DNA of 64,000 bases from Candidatus Uhrbacteria bacterium. Its GTDB lineage: Bacteria; Patescibacteriota; Patescibacteriia; UBA9934; GWF2-40-263. The DNA is taken from contig JABMNY010000031.1 in assembly GCA_013204385.1 (NCBI GenBank), forward strand, positions 1,168-65,167. The letters run 5' to 3'. The notes beneath the pieces are model-generated. The model had not been told where the DNA came from. It searched no databases and worked only from the letters and a program-made list of their open reading frames with translations. Of the stretch, positions 9,262 to 18,544 are shown one piece after another. The number at the start of each line of letters is the position of its first letter. The first letter of the stretch is position 1. A program made the translations under genes and the position numbers.

Positions 9262-9612
9262 TTAATTTGTTTTTTTGAAGTTCACTTTAAACACGGGATA
9301 CCAAGTTTGATCGTATTCGTCCTTAATCTCAACGGTCTCATTTTTGACATACATGTTCAATGCCATGTCTGCGAGAAGCTCCTGATCCGTTGCGATCTCA
9401 ATCTTGATTTCATCGAGATCCGACGCATCAGAATTACCTGCCCGCACGTTTTGCTCAATCCCCTTTTTCTCTTCACGCAAAGTCTGCATCTCCTCCACAA
9501 TCTCTTGATACCGGGAACTGTGCGTAAGTTCATCTTTAAGCATTTTGTTAATCTCTTTTCGGCGTTTTTTGTTCGCCTCTAACCTATGATAAATTTCTTC
9601 AAGTTTTGGCAT
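9262..9612 (-). CDS. hypothetical coiled-coil protein
   Basis: 116-aa charged K/E-rich ORF with no recognisable motif. Confidence 0.35.
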   Translation of the reverse strand: MPKLEEIYHRLEANKKRRKEINKMLKDELTHSSRYQEIVEEMQTLREEKKGIEQNVRAGNSDASDLDEIKIEIATDQELLADMALNMYVKNETVEIKDEYDQTWYPVFKVNFKKTN

Positions 9613-9632
9613 ACCCGGTAAGTCTACTTTGA

Positions 9633-9911
9633 TTACGAACGTCTGAAACGCACTAAGCGTTTGGCTAAAAACCGACGTCCAGCTGTTGATTTAAAATACT
9701 TCTCCCGTGCTCGTGCATCTCCTTCATCAAGACACGCTTCATAATACTCCAGATTAAATAGTCTTCGATATTTTGTAGAGATCACTCGACCATCTTGATG
9801 TTCCTGAAACCTTTTTTTTAAATCCCCAGTAAAACCGACATAGCGTAACCCATCCTTCTGACTTTTTAGGACGTACATATACCAAAAGGTCAAAGTAGTC
9901 TTACCGGGCAT
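9633..9911 (-). CDS. GIY-YIG nuclease-domain protein (YhbQ/UPF0213-like)
   Basis: YMYVLKSQKDGLRYVGFTGDLKKRFQEHQ ... REKYFKSTAGRRF is the GIY-YIG / URI-domain signature; start taken at MPGKTT. Confidence 0.65.
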   Translation of the reverse strand: MPGKTTLTFWYMYVLKSQKDGLRYVGFTGDLKKRFQEHQDGRVISTKYRRLFNLEYYEACLDEGDARAREKYFKSTAGRRFLAKRLVRFRRS

Positions 9912-10044
9912 AGAACAATATGATATCACAGCGAGCAGGATGGACCTGTTGACAAAATCGGGTTTTTTGCATACGATGGCGCGTCCGTCTCACAAACCAA
10001 CGGATTCTGGTCCTCTTGATCAGGAACACCCAAAGGAGTGCCTC

Positions 10045-10683
10045 ATGGCCCGTAATCTCAGTCACAGTGGGAACCGAGTAGGTTCCAAAATCGAAGTGAA
10101 GCTCACGCTCAACGGAGCCGACCTCGTCCCTGGCGAGAAGTGGAATGTGACCATCACTGGCCTCGCACTCAACGGTGGAGAGCAAGAAGTCCCTGCCGGA
10201 GCCACTGGTTCGCACGAGATGACTTGGACAAGCAGTGCACCGCTGACTGCCGGAGCCACCTCGATCCAGGTGAAGTTGTGGAAGGTGGGTCCGCCGGACA
10301 CCAACCTGGGAACCACCCAGATCGACATCCTTCCTGTGGCGAGCCCCCCAGCTCTCCCGTCGACCACCCCACCACCGGCGACGACTGCTCCCCCCGCAGG
10401 CTCCTCTGTGCCCCTGCAGGTGCAGGTGGTCGGTTCGCCCTCCAAGTTCCTCTCCTGGGCACCGATCCTCACTCTCATCGCCTCCATCATGGGAGTCTTT
10501 CTCTGTCTGGGATTCGTCTGCTACCTGCTCTGGCTGTTCGCCGGACAGGTCGCTGGGACTTCCGCAGGCGTGAGCGTCGACAAGAAGGACTCAGTCCACA
10601 TCTCGGTCGAGATGGACGTGAACAGCAACGACCCCGCAGTCCATGCTGAGGCTGTAAAAGCCGTAGGATCCATCACTCACTGA
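10045..10683 (+). CDS. high-GC Pro/Thr-rich surface protein with a C-terminal TM anchor; hypothetical
   Basis: Strong SD (aaggag) 6 nt before the ATG at 10045; the ORF track starts it at 9940. PSTTPPPATTAPP linker, TM at ILTLIASIMGVFLCLGFVCYLLWLF; GC well above backbone. Confidence 0.45.
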   Translation: MARNLSHSGNRVGSKIEVKLTLNGADLVPGEKWNVTITGLALNGGEQEVPAGATGSHEMTWTSSAPLTAGATSIQVKLWKVGPPDTNLGTTQIDILPVASPPALPSTTPPPATTAPPAGSSVPLQVQVVGSPSKFLSWAPILTLIASIMGVFLCLGFVCYLLWLFAGQVAGTSAGVSVDKKDSVHISVEMDVNSNDPAVHAEAVKAVGSITH

Positions 10684-10696
10684 ATTCACCCACGAC

Positions 10697-10766
10697 TGAC
10701 GCAAGTGATCCGATCGGATCACTTGCGTCACGCTTCTGCCTCACCTCGCAGAAGCGTTTTCATTTA
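10697..10766 (+). terminator. perfect 34-nt palindrome (10697-10730) followed by a second hairpin plus T-run (gcttctgc...gcagaagc gtttt); tandem terminators after the high-GC gene
   Basis: tgacgcaagtgatccgatcggatcacttgcgtca equals its own reverse complement. Confidence 0.55.
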
Positions 10767-10805
10767 CAGCATCTTCGGACTCCTATAAGCTACAAACTAC
10801 TTTCT

Positions 10806-11558
10806 ATGAATACCCCTGAACGCATCAACAAATACCTTTCTACCCATGGATACTGCTCCAGGCGCGAAGCAGATCGTTTGATTGAGCTTGGAAGAGTGTT
10901 TATTAATGGTGAGGAGGCACGTCTTGGAGATCAGGTTCAGCCTGATGATACCGTTCGCGTTGAGGGACGAGATAGAAAAGAGCGAAAAGAAAAAGTCTAT
11001 ATCCTCGTCAATAAGCCAAACGGCATCATCACCTCCCCTGACATCAATAAACGAAACAACATTACCTCCTTTGTCGATTACCCAGAACGGATTTATCCTG
11101 TAGGACATCTGGACCTCGAAGACTCAGGACTCGTCCTCCTGACAAACGACGAGATCTTGGCAAAGCGTCTCATTCATGAAGAGCATGCCCCCGACGAGGA
11201 ATATGTGGTCGAGCTGGATCAACCCCTTTCAAAACTAGATCTCGTCGCCATGCAAAACGGAATCGAACTTGAGCATGGCAAAACCCCAAAAACAAAAGTT
11301 CGTCTCATGAATCCAGACAGGTTTGCGATCATCATTCCAAACAACCGAGAGAATCACATTCGCGAAATGTGCGACTTCCTTGGATACGATGTTCCTTACC
11401 TTATTCGTACACGCATTGGAACGCTCAAAATCCCAACAAGCTATCCAGAAGGAAATATTCGCCACCTCACAGAAAAAGAAGTGCGAGACCTGAAAAAACT
11501 CGTCGGCCTCAAAGTCCGCCCCGCCCGACCAGAAAAAGCAAAGAAACAAAAAAGATAA
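10806..11558 (+). CDS. rRNA pseudouridine synthase (RsuA/RluB/RluF family) with an N-terminal S4 domain
   Basis: S4 motif RINKYLSTHGYCSRREADRLI; catalytic core ...VGHLDLEDSGLVLLTNDE (the conserved Asp in the HLD/RLD motif). Confidence 0.85.
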   Translation: MNTPERINKYLSTHGYCSRREADRLIELGRVFINGEEARLGDQVQPDDTVRVEGRDRKERKEKVYILVNKPNGIITSPDINKRNNITSFVDYPERIYPVGHLDLEDSGLVLLTNDEILAKRLIHEEHAPDEEYVVELDQPLSKLDLVAMQNGIELEHGKTPKTKVRLMNPDRFAIIIPNNRENHIREMCDFLGYDVPYLIRTRIGTLKIPTSYPEGNIRHLTEKEVRDLKKLVGLKVRPARPEKAKKQKR

Positions 11559-11594
11559 TCCGAATGGATTATCTTTTTTTATGCATCACATTGA

Positions 11595-12086
11595 TTGACA
11601 GGGAGGTCGTTGCGTGATATCTTCCTGCGTTCACCTTCTCGCAACCCAAAAACACCCCAGGAGCACTCAGTGGCGAAAAATTGGATTGATGCCATCTCGC
11701 ATTTCAACGACCAGACACTCGAAAAGGATGAGTGGACCCATGAAGCACATCTCGTCGTTGGGCTCTGGCATTTGCTGACGTATGAAGACGTCTACAAAGC
11801 GTTGTGCTTCCTGAAACCGAAAATCATCCTCCGTAACCACCGAGTCGGCGTAGAAAATACCGCTTCGCGCGGATATCACGAAACCATCACCCTCTTCTGG
11901 CTACAGGAGATCGATACGTTTGTCCGTTCACAGGCGGGCTCGAAGGACATCTTCACACTCATCGATGCACTCCTCCAGGAAAGAATCTTCCGGAGAAAAG
12001 ACTACATCTTTCAGTTCTACTCCAAAGATGAACTAATGAGTCCTCGTGCTCGAGCCATGTTCATCCCCCGCCCTCCCCAACTCTAG
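11595..12086 (+). CDS. hypothetical protein
   Basis: 163-aa ORF with no recognisable motif; real start possibly downstream. Confidence 0.35.
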   Translation: MTGRSLRDIFLRSPSRNPKTPQEHSVAKNWIDAISHFNDQTLEKDEWTHEAHLVVGLWHLLTYEDVYKALCFLKPKIILRNHRVGVENTASRGYHETITLFWLQEIDTFVRSQAGSKDIFTLIDALLQERIFRRKDYIFQFYSKDELMSPRARAMFIPRPPQL

Positions 12087-12141
12087 TCCTCCATCTCGCA
12101 CCCAACGCACGGGTGCTTTTATGTTTCAGGAACATGATTTT

Positions 12142-12606
12142 TTATTCTTCACTCTCAAGAACATCATGCCTTGGAACAAAATGATAGTTCCCGAATAAAA
12201 TCTCTTTGATGTCTTGCTCATGCGTTTTGTAATAGACAAACGAATGAGGTGAGACATTCAGCTTAAGGAGTTCTTCAAGCGTGAACCATCCAATCCTTTG
12301 CCCCTCATTTCCAAGACGAATTTGCGGAAATTCTTCTTCTGTTACGGGGACATAATATCGATGCACCAGACTCCCATCCGTGTACGTCGTTGTTCCAAGA
12401 TTGATCACGGAAGAAGGCGTCATACAAATTTCTTCTTGCAGTTCTCGCACTAACGCCTCTTCAGGCGATTCCCCTTCTTCAATTCCCCCACCAGGCGTAT
12501 TCCACGTATTTGGATACGCAATGGCTGGATTATCATCTCGAAGCACAAGCAGTATTTTATCTTGATACACAACAATCGCTTTTGCTCCTGGTTTTCTTAG
12601 GGTCAT
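12142..12606 (-). CDS. NUDIX hydrolase
   Basis: Nudix box GGGIEEGESPEEALVRELQEEI (Gx5Ex7REUxEExGU). Confidence 0.8.
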   Translation of the reverse strand: MTLRKPGAKAIVVYQDKILLVLRDDNPAIAYPNTWNTPGGGIEEGESPEEALVRELQEEICMTPSSVINLGTTTYTDGSLVHRYYVPVTEEEFPQIRLGNEGQRIGWFTLEELLKLNVSPHSFVYYKTHEQDIKEILFGNYHFVPRHDVLESEE

Positions 12607-12607
12607 A

Positions 12608-13201
12608 TTATTTCTGTAAGTCGCTTAGATTTTTCAATTCCTTATATCGAAAACAATCGACTGTATGGTCATTCACCATTCCGCAGGCTTGCATGTGCGC
12701 GTAGACGGTTGTGGGGCCGAGGAACTTGAACCCACGTTTTTTCAAATCTTTTGCGAACGCTGTTGACTCAGGAGTAATCGCAGGAATCTGACTCATGGAT
12801 TTCCATGCGTTCACTTTTGGTTTTCCGCCAACGAACTCCCATTGATACTGCGCGAATGAACCAAACTCTTTTTGGATTGCGAGAAATTGTTTTGCATTAT
12901 TGATCGCCGAATGAATTTTTGCACGATTTCGAATGATCCCTGCGTTCCCCAACAGCACCTCAACCTGTTTCTCTGTAAACCGTGAAACTTTTACGGCATC
13001 AAACTGTTTAAACGCTTTGCGATAATTTTCACGTTTTTTCAAAATCGTAAGCCAACTAAGCCCCGCCTGTGCACTTTCAAGAGTGAGGAACTCGAACAAC
13101 TTCCTATCATCATATAGCGGAACCCCCCATTCGGCGTCATGATACGCACTATATAATGGATCTGATTCAGACCATGTACAACGATGTTTCTGTTGAATCA
13201 T
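12608..13201 (-). CDS. tag: DNA-3-methyladenine glycosylase I
   Basis: 197 aa; the CTWSESDPLYSAYHDAEWGVP N-terminus plus an HhH and the C-terminal Cys/His zinc ligands are typical of Tag. Confidence 0.85.
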   Translation of the reverse strand: MIQQKHRCTWSESDPLYSAYHDAEWGVPLYDDRKLFEFLTLESAQAGLSWLTILKKRENYRKAFKQFDAVKVSRFTEKQVEVLLGNAGIIRNRAKIHSAINNAKQFLAIQKEFGSFAQYQWEFVGGKPKVNAWKSMSQIPAITPESTAFAKDLKKRGFKFLGPTTVYAHMQACGMVNDHTVDCFRYKELKNLSDLQK

Positions 13202-13302
13202 ATCGTTTATGCTAACACATAATGGTCACGCTCAAATAAGAGAACATTGACAACTCTCAACAAAATGAATAATCTCTTGGATCGACAACGTTCAACTGTC
13301 GA

Positions 13303-13767
13303 TTGGAGGAATCGTTGAAACTTCTTCTCATCATCTGTCTTGTTCTATTGGCAAGCGCTCTCATGAACATCCTGATGGAAAAACGCGCACGTGCGCAACA
13401 GCTCCACAAAGCTCCCACACTCCGACAATTGGCCTATTCGGCGGCACAACACGACTTCAAGAATGTCTCGATAGACGAACGCTGGCAAGATCAACCAGCC
13501 ACCTCGTTCCCAGAAGCTCCAACTGCCATGATGCAGTCCCCCTCCCTTCGGTGCTATATCTGGAAGTCGGACGACATGAAGGCGTTGACTCTGATCGCCT
13601 GGTGGACACAAAAACCACTCCCTTGGACGATCACGTTCACGGATGGACACCTGCTACTCGCTTCAGTAGGCAACGCACAAGGCCCGCGCTTCTCAAGAAG
13701 ACAACTCACAAAGGACGAGACCCGCTTCCTCGACCAACTCAGACAGAACATCTTGCGCAGGATGTAA
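13303..13767 (+). CDS. hypothetical secreted/membrane-anchored protein
   Basis: 154 aa with an N-terminal signal anchor (LLLIICLVLLASALM); moderately GC-rich. Confidence 0.35.
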   Translation: MEESLKLLLIICLVLLASALMNILMEKRARAQQLHKAPTLRQLAYSAAQHDFKNVSIDERWQDQPATSFPEAPTAMMQSPSLRCYIWKSDDMKALTLIAWWTQKPLPWTITFTDGHLLLASVGNAQGPRFSRRQLTKDETRFLDQLRQNILRRM

Positions 13768-13989
13768 GCCCACTTGCCGTATCCAATTGAAGCTACCCTT
13801 GGTCGCTTCAACTCACAGGATACGGTTTTTATTTTTTGATAGTTACTAAGGAAGAGATGTCTGAATGAAATCGAACCTCCGTAAAATGTGAAGGTTTTGT
13901 GGCGAGCGTCATAAAATAGGTAAGGACATACTGTTTAGTAACTATGAGTCAGATGGATTGACTTTTCAACATAAAATGAGTAACCTTTC

Positions 13990-14298
13990 ATGTCGACAGC
14001 CTCAGCCCTTTGTCGATTGGAGGAACTCGTGAAGATTGCCCGCATCACACTCATCCTTTTTGGTCTTATATTGGTTGTATTTGCCTTCTGGTCTGTGAAG
14101 ACTCCTGATGAGGAGACACTCAAGACTGTACCGAACGTTCAGCAGACTCCTTCCTGGACAGAGCTTCACAGGACCCCAACAGAGCCGCTCGCAAGCAGTA
14201 GCATCAACGGCGCCGTCTGGATGCCTAAAAGCTGCACTCACCCAGTCATGGAGATCATGATCAAGGACGGTACCGCTCGCATGGGGTCCAACTGTTAG
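13990..14298 (+). CDS. small high-GC membrane protein (possible)
   Basis: 102 aa with a TM (ITLILFGLILVVFAFW). A longer antisense ORF at 14002..14574 (-) has junk-like composition, so the plus strand is preferred. Confidence 0.3.
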   Translation: MSTASALCRLEELVKIARITLILFGLILVVFAFWSVKTPDEETLKTVPNVQQTPSWTELHRTPTEPLASSSINGAVWMPKSCTHPVMEIMIKDGTARMGSNC

Positions 14299-14340
14299 GA
14301 CGGTCAGGATATCCCTGAACAGTTCCGAAACGTCAAAAAC

Positions 14341-14682
14341 GTGGACACCTCTGTCGCAAGCATGGAGGACCGTGGACCATCGTTCGCCATGGTGATCGGC
14401 GAGCCTGATGTCGACAATGATGCCGTTGGAATGCCTCCGGAAAACAAGCAGAGTGTCATGGTGGAGGTGCCAATTGTGAACACCTGCACCCTCGCCGCGG
14501 TTGACGTCGATCTCAGCAACGTCAGCAAAACTACGGTCCGCTACGGCTGTCTCGACATGGGGAGCGCTCCTCACACGACAATCGATGTCAGTCTAAACAT
14601 CGTCACCGGACCGACTCTGAACAAGGATCGCAGTCCTATTGTGGCGATCACCTTCCGTCATCCTGATAAGATAAAGAACTGA
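14341..14682 (+). CDS. small high-GC hypothetical protein (possible), in tandem with the 13990 ORF
   Basis: 113 aa, co-directional and non-overlapping with the upstream ORF. Confidence 0.3.
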   Translation: MDTSVASMEDRGPSFAMVIGEPDVDNDAVGMPPENKQSVMVEVPIVNTCTLAAVDVDLSNVSKTTVRYGCLDMGSAPHTTIDVSLNIVTGPTLNKDRSPIVAITFRHPDKIKN

Positions 14683-15127
14683 CTTCTCAGCACCACGCCG
14701 CACCCACAGTTGATCGCCCTGTGCGCTTCAACACTCTCTGGTGCGGTTTTCTTTTTATTCAAAAAGTCAAAGTCGCTCATTTCCCCTTTTTTTGTTCGAA
14801 CAAAAAATCCTTACGTTTTGTAGGGATTTTTTGGCGGGATGTCGCGAAACAAGTCGGAACGTATTACATACTTGAAAAACAAAGCGAACCGATAAGTGTC
14901 GGATGATGTTGAGTCGTTCTCTTAGTGGGTCTTTTGAGAGAAATATGGCAAGTCTGTAAAACCCTAGGTGGGGGAGAAAAATGTGGGTGACTTATAATGC
15001 GTTATGAGTCTGACAAAATAAAAACGCCCACCAGAGATGAGCGGCCTGTACGGCGACTCTTGGTGGGCGGCAAGAGAGTTGATTTGGTAGACGAAGGTAA
15101 CTCTATCCGTACCCCAAAGATCTCGAT

Positions 15128-15895
15128 CTACCCACCAGTTCGAACAGAACCACGCGCAATCTCGATCATCGATGGACGAAGTGTCTCGAAAGTTCGACGA
15201 AGGTCACCTGCGTAGACATACCCGCAATAATCACCTCGTTTACCGCCGTTTGTTCCACGGACGTTCATACCGATCAGCCGAAGCTCGTCATCCCAGATTG
15301 GGCTACCTGAGAATCCTGGACGGGTATGCATGTGCATGTAGCCATGCTCGAGATACCCACGATCAAGGAGACCGGGGAGTTCGACCGTGTCAGTCTCTGG
15401 CAACATGTGTGCCATGTGAACATCGCTCAAACTGATCCAGGCACGATGAGTTGGATTCCTCGGTGGACCGATCGTCTGCTTCGCAACGAAGAGTTGTGTG
15501 TCTTCTTGATCTCCAATCGCGTTCCGACAGTTGTAGAGAATACCCCCGCCTTCTGCATGCCACTTGTCGAATGCTCGCGTATCAAAGGCCCGCAGTTTCT
15601 TCGCCTTGGTGACGCGGCGCGCGATGATGAACGCGATGTCGCGATCGTCCGGCGCATACAACGGAAGTGGATGCAGAGGAATGTACTGCTCTTCACGATT
15701 GAAGCCACCAAGAAGGATAAATTCCGAAAGATCGTTAACCTCAAGAAAGTGATGTCGACAGGTACAGATTACGACTTGTCCCAAAGGAAGAACCTCGTAA
15801 ACGAATCCCATAGCTCGAGAGAGAGCTCTGTCCTGACGCTGTCGTGTAATGGTCACCAATATGCTGTTACTGCGCAACCATTCGTTCATGTCCAC
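15128..15895 (-). CDS. stand-alone trypsin-fold (S1 family) serine peptidase
   Basis: Catalytic-triad-like motifs in order: TCRHH (His), DRDIAFI (Asp, like DIALL), GFSGSPIW (Ser, like GDSGGP). No signal peptide seen. GC-rich gene flanked by AT-rich DNA. Confidence 0.55.
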   Translation of the reverse strand: MDMNEWLRSNSILVTITRQRQDRALSRAMGFVYEVLPLGQVVICTCRHHFLEVNDLSEFILLGGFNREEQYIPLHPLPLYAPDDRDIAFIIARRVTKAKKLRAFDTRAFDKWHAEGGGILYNCRNAIGDQEDTQLFVAKQTIGPPRNPTHRAWISLSDVHMAHMLPETDTVELPGLLDRGYLEHGYMHMHTRPGFSGSPIWDDELRLIGMNVRGTNGGKRGDYCGYVYAGDLRRTFETLRPSMIEIARGSVRTGG

Positions 15896-16155
15896 AGTTG
15901 AATCAACCGAAGACCTATTCTTCTTTTTACCTAAGGAACACTCTCCTAGATAGGATTGTTGAGGACTTTTATCGCAATCAAGCGATGCTAAAGATTATAC
16001 TAAATAGTAAAAAAGTCAAGAGTTAGCTCATCTAATCGACTCATTTCTAAATCACCAACTTACAATCTATTACTGGATAGTGGATATCAACTTTCTTATC
16101 TCACAAATACTTATACCCACAACTCTTCAATGTCTCAGACAATTGAACCTTCATC

Positions 16156-16372
16156 TAGGCACGCCCCTTCCCTCCCTTTAGATATTTCTCACGACTCTTT
16201 GCCTCTTGTTCTGAAAGATACGCCTCGAAGTACATAAGTCTGAAAGGCAATCTATTTTTTGTCGCTGGAACGCTTCCAGTTTCATGTTGTGAAAATCTTT
16301 TATTACATCCTGAGAGTATCCAATATAAAGTTTTCTATCAAAAAGACTAAATAAAACGTATACGTAATACAT
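16156..16372 (-). pseudogene. frameshifted GIY-YIG (YhbQ-like) gene fragment
   Basis: Frame A gives MYYVYVLFSLFDRKLYIGYSQDVIKDFHN, the GIY-YIG N-terminus. After about HN the homologous C-terminus (KNRLPFRLMYFEAYLSEQEAKSREKYLKGGKGRA, compare SKRGPWKVIYYEAYLNQKDALGREKFLKSGSG of the 63477 copy) continues in the +2 frame to the stop at 16156. Confidence 0.6.
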
Positions 16373-16591
16373 AGATAATTAGCATAACAAAACAAGTCGC
16401 TTTCGCGACTTGTTTTGGCTACCGATATGAGCTCGGAACGAATGCTGTCGAGCTCAGCTCGACGACCTTCGCTTCTGTACTTGAGCGCGGATGATGTCGA
16501 GCATAGCGCGATCACCTTCGCTTCCATACTTCGGTTGAATCTCGGCAAAGCTGAGCTTTGCCTTCTGCACATTCAACCGAGCTCAGCTCGG

Positions 16592-16669
16592 TGGCGGACC
16601 GGAAGGGATTCGAACCCTCGATCTTCTCCGTGACAGGGAGACGTGTTAACCGGGCTACACCACCGGTCC
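16592..16669 (-). tRNA. tRNA-Asp (anticodon GTC), CCA encoded
   Basis: Manually folded: acceptor GGACCGG/CCGGTCC, D-stem GTGT/ACAC, anticodon stem TCTCC/GGAGA with loop CTGTCAC, T-arm GAGGG-TTCGAAT-CCCTT, discriminator G, CCA. Confidence 0.85.
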
Positions 16670-17164
16670 AGGTGGGAAATCATCCAAAATTGAATGCGTT
16701 CTTGTGCAGCGGGAAAACAATATCATATCGTTTAGATCCTCGCAAGACTTAAGATTATCATGCTAAAACCATTGACTTATTAATCAATCTCCTCTACGCT
16801 CATGAAGCTGTCCGGCTGTAATGGCTTTTGAGTGGTGGTATGTGGACGAGGAGTTACAGAAATTACCAGACTTTCTACCCTCCGGCTCCTTAATCGCCCA
16901 CAATGCTCTAACCAAGGGGTTTCTCATGCGCCCCCCGTTGTTCCCCAAGTATCTGGTACTTCCTCCAAGAAGTCGCTCGGGGAACATTCGCCATGACCAG
17001 GTAAAGCGAGCGCCTGTCGCGAATAGGTAATGAGGAATTGCCCTCATGCTCAGAATGGTGAACAACGTCATGTACTTCACCTCGGACTTCCCTTTCTCCC
17101 CGCATTGTCCTCCACGTGGACAGGCGGTTTTTTTATTAAAAAACTGGCTGAATAGTTCAACCAG

Positions 17165-17746
17165 TTAGAAACGTGCAATGTAGAGCACAGCATCTCCGCG
17201 CTCAAAATTGCAGATTGAGTCCCACCAAGTCTGCACCTGTCCATCTCGATTGATTGGCTGTTCACCGTAAAGGGGTCCGCCATAGAATCCCTTTTGAATC
17301 ACGTTCGTCATGCCAAGCGACACAGCGAGTTGTGCGCGAATCGACTCCGCTTGAGCGCTCTCATGACAACCCTCTGGGTTTGGAAGTACCTCGGACGCAA
17401 TCGCCCGGACCGATGACCACACGATTGGTGACTGCGTGCGCCCCGCAAACCAACTCAGGTCAGAGCGCGCGTTGAAGATCTCCTTTGTTGCCTGCGCTTT
17501 AATCCCATGCCCCTGATACGCAGGAAGCACGAGGGTTCCAGCAATGTAGAGCACGCCAGGAATCGGCAGTTTGCACAGCATGCATGCAACGAGCAGATCG
17601 TCGTCGTACACACTCAGACAGAAGTCTGTATCCTCCAAGTGGTTTTCCACATCAATCCTCAACTCAGGAGTGACCCGCTGACAAAATCCTTCTGAAGCCA
17701 GAAGGACCAATTCATCGAGAGTGGGATTCTTTTTCACATATCGCAT
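17165..17746 (-). CDS. putative GNAT-type acetyltransferase (weak)
   Basis: 193 aa; LPAYQGHGIKAQATKEI resembles GNAT motif A (Q/RxxGxG/A); no other evidence. Confidence 0.3.
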   Translation of the reverse strand: MRYVKKNPTLDELVLLASEGFCQRVTPELRIDVENHLEDTDFCLSVYDDDLLVACMLCKLPIPGVLYIAGTLVLPAYQGHGIKAQATKEIFNARSDLSWFAGRTQSPIVWSSVRAIASEVLPNPEGCHESAQAESIRAQLAVSLGMTNVIQKGFYGGPLYGEQPINRDGQVQTWWDSICNFERGDAVLYIARF

Positions 17747-17990
17747 AGATTCTCCCTGTCTAGACGTTATTGTCTAGGGAAGAGCGTGAAAGCCACCACC
17801 CAAAACAAAAACGACCCTGGAAGGCCATGGATCGTTTTTAAGAAAACAAACGTAGACCTTCCTAAGAGAGGTCGCGCCACCAAGTGGATTGAACGTTTGT
17901 ATCATTCATAGTACGTTCAGCGTATCTGGATCCCTCTCACCTGTCAATCACTTGATTCATCTACCCATATCTATGCTAAGCTTTACTCAT

Positions 17991-18407
17991 ATGAAATACA
18001 TTCTCGCTATTGTCCTTCTCCTGTTTATAGGAGTTCTCGGATACACTCTTTGGCCTCAGACTCCACCAGACGCTGTTTCTGGTACATGGGATGCGCAAAT
18101 GGAAATATTTCCATTTGAACGTGCTCCCACCACACAACTCACTCTTCATTGGAAGGCTCCGGAACAAAGCTATAATCACTTTGTTTTGAGTATCTCAGAC
18201 GAACAAGGTCAGCTCCTGAGAAAAGAGTCTGGTGAGCATGACCGTCTGAGTCTTGACCCAGATGCCCTCGAACCTAATACAACCTACCTATTTTCACTCC
18301 AGGCCTGTTTGGATCCAAACTGCACCACCTGGCTGGTTTCAAGCGAGGAAGTCAGAGGAACGACAGCTTCAACATCAGAAGAAGAAGTAGAAGCACGGCA
18401 AGAATAG
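17991..18407 (+). CDS. secreted hypothetical protein with a signal peptide
   Basis: Start taken at MKYILAIVLLLFIGVLG (track start 17889); a beta-rich domain with NxT sites, then an acidic tail. Confidence 0.4.
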   Translation: MKYILAIVLLLFIGVLGYTLWPQTPPDAVSGTWDAQMEIFPFERAPTTQLTLHWKAPEQSYNHFVLSISDEQGQLLRKESGEHDRLSLDPDALEPNTTYLFSLQACLDPNCTTWLVSSEEVRGTTASTSEEEVEARQE

Positions 18408-18425
18408 TAATTCTTGGAAAATAGT

Positions 18426-18455
18426 AAAAAAAGAGGCTCTGTGCCTCTTTTTTTA
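18426..18455. terminator. bidirectional terminator (A7-gaggctctgtgcctc-T8)
   Basis: Hairpin with flanking A and T runs, read directly. Confidence 0.6.
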
Positions 18456-18485
18456 TTGACAAATACCATCACTTTTAGGTAGTAT
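18456..18485 (+). promoter_or_regulatory. promoter-like TTGACA - 18 nt - TAGTAT, upstream of 18545
   Basis: Hexamers read directly. Confidence 0.35.
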
Positions 18486-18544
18486 CCAGCTATCTTGGCT
18501 AGAAAAAGAGGGCTGGCCAGATACTTCCTCCCACCCATACCCTC

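Noticed and set aside
13840-13944. 10-bp inverted repeat (tagttactaa / ttagtaacta) flanking 85 nt upstream of the 13990 ORF
   Set aside because: Arms are short and AT-rich, so a chance occurrence is plausible; not comparable to the 18-bp perfect IR at 58812/58920.
14002-14574. 190-aa minus-strand ORF in the high-GC islet
   Set aside because: Typical long spurious ORF in GC-rich DNA (His/Arg/Asp-rich, no hydrophobic core). The two tandem plus-strand ORFs with a TM helix are more protein-like, though still low confidence.
15326-15901. 191-aa plus-strand ORF overlapping the S1 peptidase gene
   Set aside because: The minus-strand frame carries the ordered His/Asp/Ser trypsin motifs; the plus-strand frame has none.
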